IMG/VR virus record: IMGVR_UViG_3300003321_000927
Direction: 5' to 3' (one strand)
Origin: a virus
DNA: 64,000 nucleotides
The translations under genes were made by a program, and so were the position numbers. Below the pieces are notes generated by a model, which worked only from the letters and a program-made list of their open reading frames with translations, did not search any database and was not told the origin of the DNA. Positions 60,505-64,000 of this stretch are shown here, one piece after another. Position 1 is the stretch's first letter. Every line of letters begins with the position of its first letter.

Positions 60505-60664
60505 GCAGTTTCCTTTGTCGCTCGATGGCGGTTGCACTCCGCAGTCTGGCTGCAGAGTCGGACGACAAGGGAATGCAGAGCAGGGCCCCCGGCCAGCCTT
60601 CTTTCGATATCCGGCTGCGTCCCCACTGCTGAGGACTCTGAACTTCGGGGGCCCTGCTTGCAGT

Positions 60665-61129
60665 CTACCGATTCGCAGCCGAGTCGCCGCCGCGCGCGGC
60701 GAGATCGTGCGTCGCGTCGTACTGCGCGCGCAGCGCAGCGTCGTGGTCGGCGTCCGGATCACCCAGGCCCAGTGCCTCGGCGACGTCCTCGGCGACTGCC
60801 TCGCCGAGATCGATCGCGTCGCCCGCCAGCTCCTTGGCGTCCTCGACGACCTCCTTGATGAGATCCGCGCCCGCCTGGGTGGCTGCCGTCAGTAGGTTCG
60901 TCGGCTTCTGGATGGCCTCGGTCGCGACGTCCTTCACCGCGGCAACGGCATCCTCGGCGAGCTGCACTGCGTCGCCGACGAGGTCACCTGCCAGCTTCGC
61001 GGCAGCAGGAGCGGCCTCGTCCGCCTCGTCACTGGATGGTTCCGGGGCGCTCTGGTCCTTCTGCTCCGCGCCTGCGGCGGCGTCCGCCTCGACGGCCTTG
61101 TTGCTGAGTTCCTTCGCGTCCATCGACAT
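60665..61129 (-). CDS. Ala/Asp/Glu-rich helical protein (154 aa)
   Basis: GGAGGAA lies 5 nt upstream of the ATG at 61129. Confidence 0.45.
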   Translation of the reverse strand: MSMDAKELSNKAVEADAAAGAEQKDQSAPEPSSDEADEAAPAAAKLAGDLVGDAVQLAEDAVAAVKDVATEAIQKPTNLLTAATQAGADLIKEVVEDAKELAGDAIDLGEAVAEDVAEALGLGDPDADHDAALRAQYDATHDLAARGGDSAANR

Positions 61130-61397
61130 TCGCTTCCTCCTTCTTCGCGCGCGTCCTGCGCGGCTTGGTCACCTTCGGCTCCTCCACGGGAGCCTGATTC
61201 GACTTCGCGAACCGTCCCTTGACCGTCCCTTCGTCGTAGCCAGGGATGGTCACCGGTTCGCTACCGATGCTGGCCTCGGGATTCCAGGACAGCACGACAC
61301 CATTCTTCGGACCCATGTGATCCTCCGGCTTGCAGGTGGAGTCCTCGCTCTTGCAGATGACGCAGAAGCGCGACTTCCGGCGAGGGAGGACGTACAT
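61029..61397 (-). CDS. hypothetical protein (about 122 aa), basic C-terminus
   Basis: ATG at 61397. It overlaps the next gene by about 100 nt in another frame. Confidence 0.35.
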   Translation of the reverse strand: MYVLPRRKSRFCVICKSEDSTCKPEDHMGPKNGVVLSWNPEASIGSEPVTIPGYDEGTVKGRFAKSNQAPVEEPKVTKPRRTRAKKEEANVDGREGTQQQGRRGGRRRRRGAEGPERPGTIQ

Positions 61398-61423
61398 CCA
61401 GGTGATCCTACGAGCCTGATCGG

Positions 61424-61690
61424 CTAGAAGAGAGCGACCATGTTCGTCGCCGTCGTGCCGGTCGCGTTCACCCGAGAGAAGCGAATCGGCAGCAGCGTGC
61501 CAGCCGCGACACCGGTAAAGACGACGGTGTTCCCGTCCATCATCACGACCGAGACATTCCCGGCACCGCCGACCCAAAGTGCGCGCGCGAGGAAGTCGAG
61601 GTCGGTGGCATCACTAGGGGCAACCACCTCTGCATGACCGTTCGGGCGGAAGAGTCCCTGGGGGTCGTGTGCGTACGGATCCTGAGCCAT
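61424..61690 (-). CDS. small head-associated protein (88 aa)
   Basis: GAGGAG RBS before the ATG at 61690. Directly downstream of the capsid gene. Confidence 0.4.
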   Translation of the reverse strand: MAQDPYAHDPQGLFRPNGHAEVVAPSDATDLDFLARALWVGGAGNVSVVMMDGNTVVFTGVAAGTLLPIRFSRVNATGTTATNMVALF

Positions 61691-62204
61691 GTCTCTCCTC
61701 GTCGGGTACCGACTTAGAGTAAGGGGCCCATCAGACAGCGAAGCCCCCGGTTGCGATCGGGAGCTTCGCTGTGGCCCGACCGAGGTCGAGGTACACCAGA
61801 GGACGCTTGATTCGGCTCTTCCGGGAGCTACCCCGGCGTCAGCGCACAGGCTCAATCGTCAACGCCAGACCACTAGGTTGAGGCCTAGCGCGGATCGTAC
61901 GCGCGTCGTCGGACGTCCCTCGCGGCGTTCTCCAGTTGCTCGATCCGACGCTCCAGACGCACGAAGCGATCGATCACCTCATTGCTACGGGGAATGCGCT
62001 TCGGGTGACGAAAGCAGCGAGAGCAGGAGCACCCGCGGCGCGGCCCGGTCAATCGATGTCGGATGCGCCAGAGAAGCAGACGCGGGTCACGGCGGTGACA
62101 TGGATTCGGCAAGCCGATGGCCCACCAGTCGCGTTCGGGCATCGCGACATCCTACAACGACAGAGGGCCCCGAAGGGCCCTCTGTCTCAACGAAGTGCTG
62201 TGTC

Positions 62205-63620
62205 CTACGACCAGCCGGTCGAGGCCTTCTCTGCGGTCGTGAAGTCGACCTCGCAGAAGGCGTCGGGGCGCGGCACTGCCAGCGCGTACCGACCCTCGGC
62301 CAGGACGGCGATCATGTTCCGGACGAACCAGTCCGAGTGGCTGTCCGTCGCGGTGATCGAGACGTCCTCCTGGACGTACAGGACGGCCTGCTTCCAGTCG
62401 CCGACGACCGGCGAGCCCTGGTCGACCGTGACATCCTCGATCATCGGCAGGCCCCAGATCTGGGCCTCACCGGCGACCGACGGCGGGCCGAAGTAGTACT
62501 GGCCCATCGCGTCCTTCGCCAGGCGGATCTCCTGGTAGTCGTTCGGGTGCAGGAGCACCGCCGTCGGCTCCAGGTAGGCCAGGCGGATCTTCGTGATCGC
62601 GGCCATGATCCGCTCGATCTTGCGGGCAGCCGTGATGCCGTTGACGACATCGTCCTGCGACTGGACGCCCCAGGAGAGGATGCCCTTCAGGTTCGGCGCG
62701 GAGCCGTCACCCTTCAGGATCTGCGTGTTCAGGCGCCGCGCCACACCATCGACGAGCTGGGTGTCGATCAGCGTCCGGAGCTGCGCCATGTCGGCGAGCG
62801 CCGCCCGCGTCGTCGGGATGTAGTGGGCGATGATCTCGGTGTTCGTGTGCTGCAGGCTGAAGCTCATCCCCGACTCGGGCTTCGTACCGGACGCACCGGT
62901 CGTTGCCGTCGCCTCGGCGACCTCGGCTGCCGCTGCGGCCACCGCCGTCTGCTGGATCCACTCGATCACCGAGGTGTCGGTCGCACCGACGGTGATGAGG
63001 TTGCGCAGCTTCAGCGGCGCCTGGAGCAGCTCGACGAAGCCCGGCAGGCGCGTCGGCTGGACGAGCAGCGTGCCCTGGTTGGTCGACGTCGCCGTCGGCG
63101 AACCGGACTGCAGCAGCGTCTTCATCGCGTAGCGGGACTGGATCTGCGCGATGTGCTCCTCGCGGGACATGCCCTTGACGCCCCAACGGAAGGCGCCCTT
63201 CTGCTGGACGGCCTTGCGGAACTCCGCGTAGCCCTCGTCGTCCGTGAAGCGCTCGCCCGGCGTCTTGTACTGCAGCGCCGCGGCGTACTCCCCGTCCTTC
63301 GAGTCCATGTCGAAGGGGCTCGTCTTCGACGGCGGCGTGAGGCCGTCCATCTCCAGAGCCTGACCGTACGCCTCCTCCAGACCCTTCATCTCCTCGACGA
63401 TCGTCTGGTAGGACGCCGATGCATCGTGAGCCTTCGCGACAAGTTCCTTGCCCTCGTCGCTGCTGGCCTTGAAGCCCTCGGCATTGATCTGATCGCGCAG
63501 CGGCTCGAAGACCGCCCACGCCGAGGCAGCGTCGGCCCGCTTGGCCTGCAGCTCCTCGCGAATCTTCGTGGAAGTCGACACTTCTGTTTGTCTCCTGTGA
63601 CTAGTGGGACGGCCAGACAA
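62205..63620 (-). CDS. major capsid protein, HK97 fold, with N-terminal helical (delta/scaffold-like) domain
   Basis: PF05065-like landmarks LLVQPTRLPGFVELL, SFSLQHTNTEIIAHYIPTTRAAL and FVRNMIAVLAEGRYALAV. The N-terminus is a coiled coil. Confidence 0.8.
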   Translation of the reverse strand: MSGRPTSHRRQTEVSTSTKIREELQAKRADAASAWAVFEPLRDQINAEGFKASSDEGKELVAKAHDASASYQTIVEEMKGLEEAYGQALEMDGLTPPSKTSPFDMDSKDGEYAAALQYKTPGERFTDDEGYAEFRKAVQQKGAFRWGVKGMSREEHIAQIQSRYAMKTLLQSGSPTATSTNQGTLLVQPTRLPGFVELLQAPLKLRNLITVGATDTSVIEWIQQTAVAAAAAEVAEATATTGASGTKPESGMSFSLQHTNTEIIAHYIPTTRAALADMAQLRTLIDTQLVDGVARRLNTQILKGDGSAPNLKGILSWGVQSQDDVVNGITAARKIERIMAAITKIRLAYLEPTAVLLHPNDYQEIRLAKDAMGQYYFGPPSVAGEAQIWGLPMIEDVTVDQGSPVVGDWKQAVLYVQEDVSITATDSHSDWFVRNMIAVLAEGRYALAVPRPDAFCEVDFTTAEKASTGWS

Positions 63621-63966
63621 ATGCCAGGCGCGCGATTTCGTCGTTGCTCACCGTAGAAGGGTCGTCGGACGACATGCTGTTGTCCGACTTGGAATCGCCT
63701 TCCTTCCCTTCCTCGGCTTCGCCGTTGGACTCGTCAGCAGCCTCTTCGGCCGCTGCCTCCTCCTCCGGCGCCTCGACCTCGGCCACCTGCTCCTCGGTCG
63801 TCTCCGACTCGCCAGCAGACTCGCCAGCGGGATCGGCCTCCGACGCGCCAGCATCCTCGGATGCCGCCTCGTCGTCCTTCTTGCCGAGCTTCGCCTTCAT
63901 CGCATCCTTGATCGCCTGACCGAGCACAGCCGGGTCAGCGGACGCCGTCTCGACGTCGACGGTCAC
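63601..63966 (-). CDS. acidic Glu/Ala-rich protein (scaffolding-like; N-terminus may lie beyond the window)
   Basis: It sits directly upstream of the capsid gene, with 20 nt of overlap, and is highly acidic. Confidence 0.4.
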   Translation of the reverse strand: MTVDVETASADPAVLGQAIKDAMKAKLGKKDDEAASEDAGASEADPAGESAGESETTEEQVAEVEAPEEEAAAEEAADESNGEAEEGKEGDSKSDNSMSSDDPSTVSNDEIARLAFVWPSH

Positions 63967-64000
63967 GGTGACGTTCGGGCCGTCGCCGTTCAGGATCGCG

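Noticed and set aside
1-64000. Search for CRISPR arrays, integrase/attP, transposases, rRNA and toxin-antitoxin pairs.
   Set aside because: Direct-repeat/spacer periodicity is absent. No tyrosine or serine recombinase motifs, no IS terminal inverted repeats with a transposase, and no rRNA-like segments are visible in this window.

Overview
The window is a high-GC (about 65-68%), very densely packed region of a tailed double-stranded DNA phage or prophage, of the type that infects actinobacteria. Many adjacent genes overlap at ATGA or GTGA start/stop junctions.

Layout:
- 1-12.4 kb: early-type small genes, several with zinc ribbons, plus one HNH endonuclease, an 83-kDa-class orphan of 980 aa and a calcineurin-like phosphoesterase. 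Most are on the + strand before 8.7 kb; from 8.7 kb to 12.0 kb they are on the - strand.
- 12.4-16.1 kb: an array of about 23 tRNA genes on the + strand. It is interrupted by an HNH endonuclease gene and by a small protein with an LWVDDER N-terminus (CPR-like, meaning it resembles a small receiver-like domain reported next to RNA-repair genes).
- 16.2-30 kb: a - strand block carrying:
  - a second HNH endonuclease (16239..16748) and an RtcB RNA ligase with a zinc-ribbon insertion;
  - a band-7 (SPFH) membrane protein, a VRR-NUC nuclease and an SSB-like protein with a DIPF tail;
  - a glycosyltransferase-like gene, a lipoprotein and a SAM-dependent methyltransferase;
  - a lysis cassette: a LuxR-family helix-turn-helix regulator, a secreted peptidoglycan-binding NlpC/P60-or-CHAP peptidase, and small membrane proteins.
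- 30-64 kb: the - strand virion structural module, transcribed from high to low coordinates:
  - a partial acidic scaffold-like ORF, then an HK97-fold major capsid protein;
  - small head and neck proteins and a head-tail adaptor;
  - two paralogous giant repeat proteins of 982 and about 1670 aa that carry LamG-like domains;
  - a major tail protein, then a tail assembly chaperone with a candidate -1 programmed frameshift;
  - an enormous tape measure protein of 2889 aa carrying an embedded GNAT acetyltransferase domain and a duplicated 60-aa module;
  - downstream tail tip and fiber genes, including a 1286-aa beta-propeller and Ig-like fiber.

No rRNA, CRISPR array, integrase or transposase was seen.

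The most notable signals are:
- the tRNA array co-located with RtcB, the CPR-like protein, a phosphoesterase and HNH genes, which suggests a tRNA-repair and counter-defence kit;
- the tape measure protein that carries cargo domains;
- the two paralogous giant LamG and repeat proteins.
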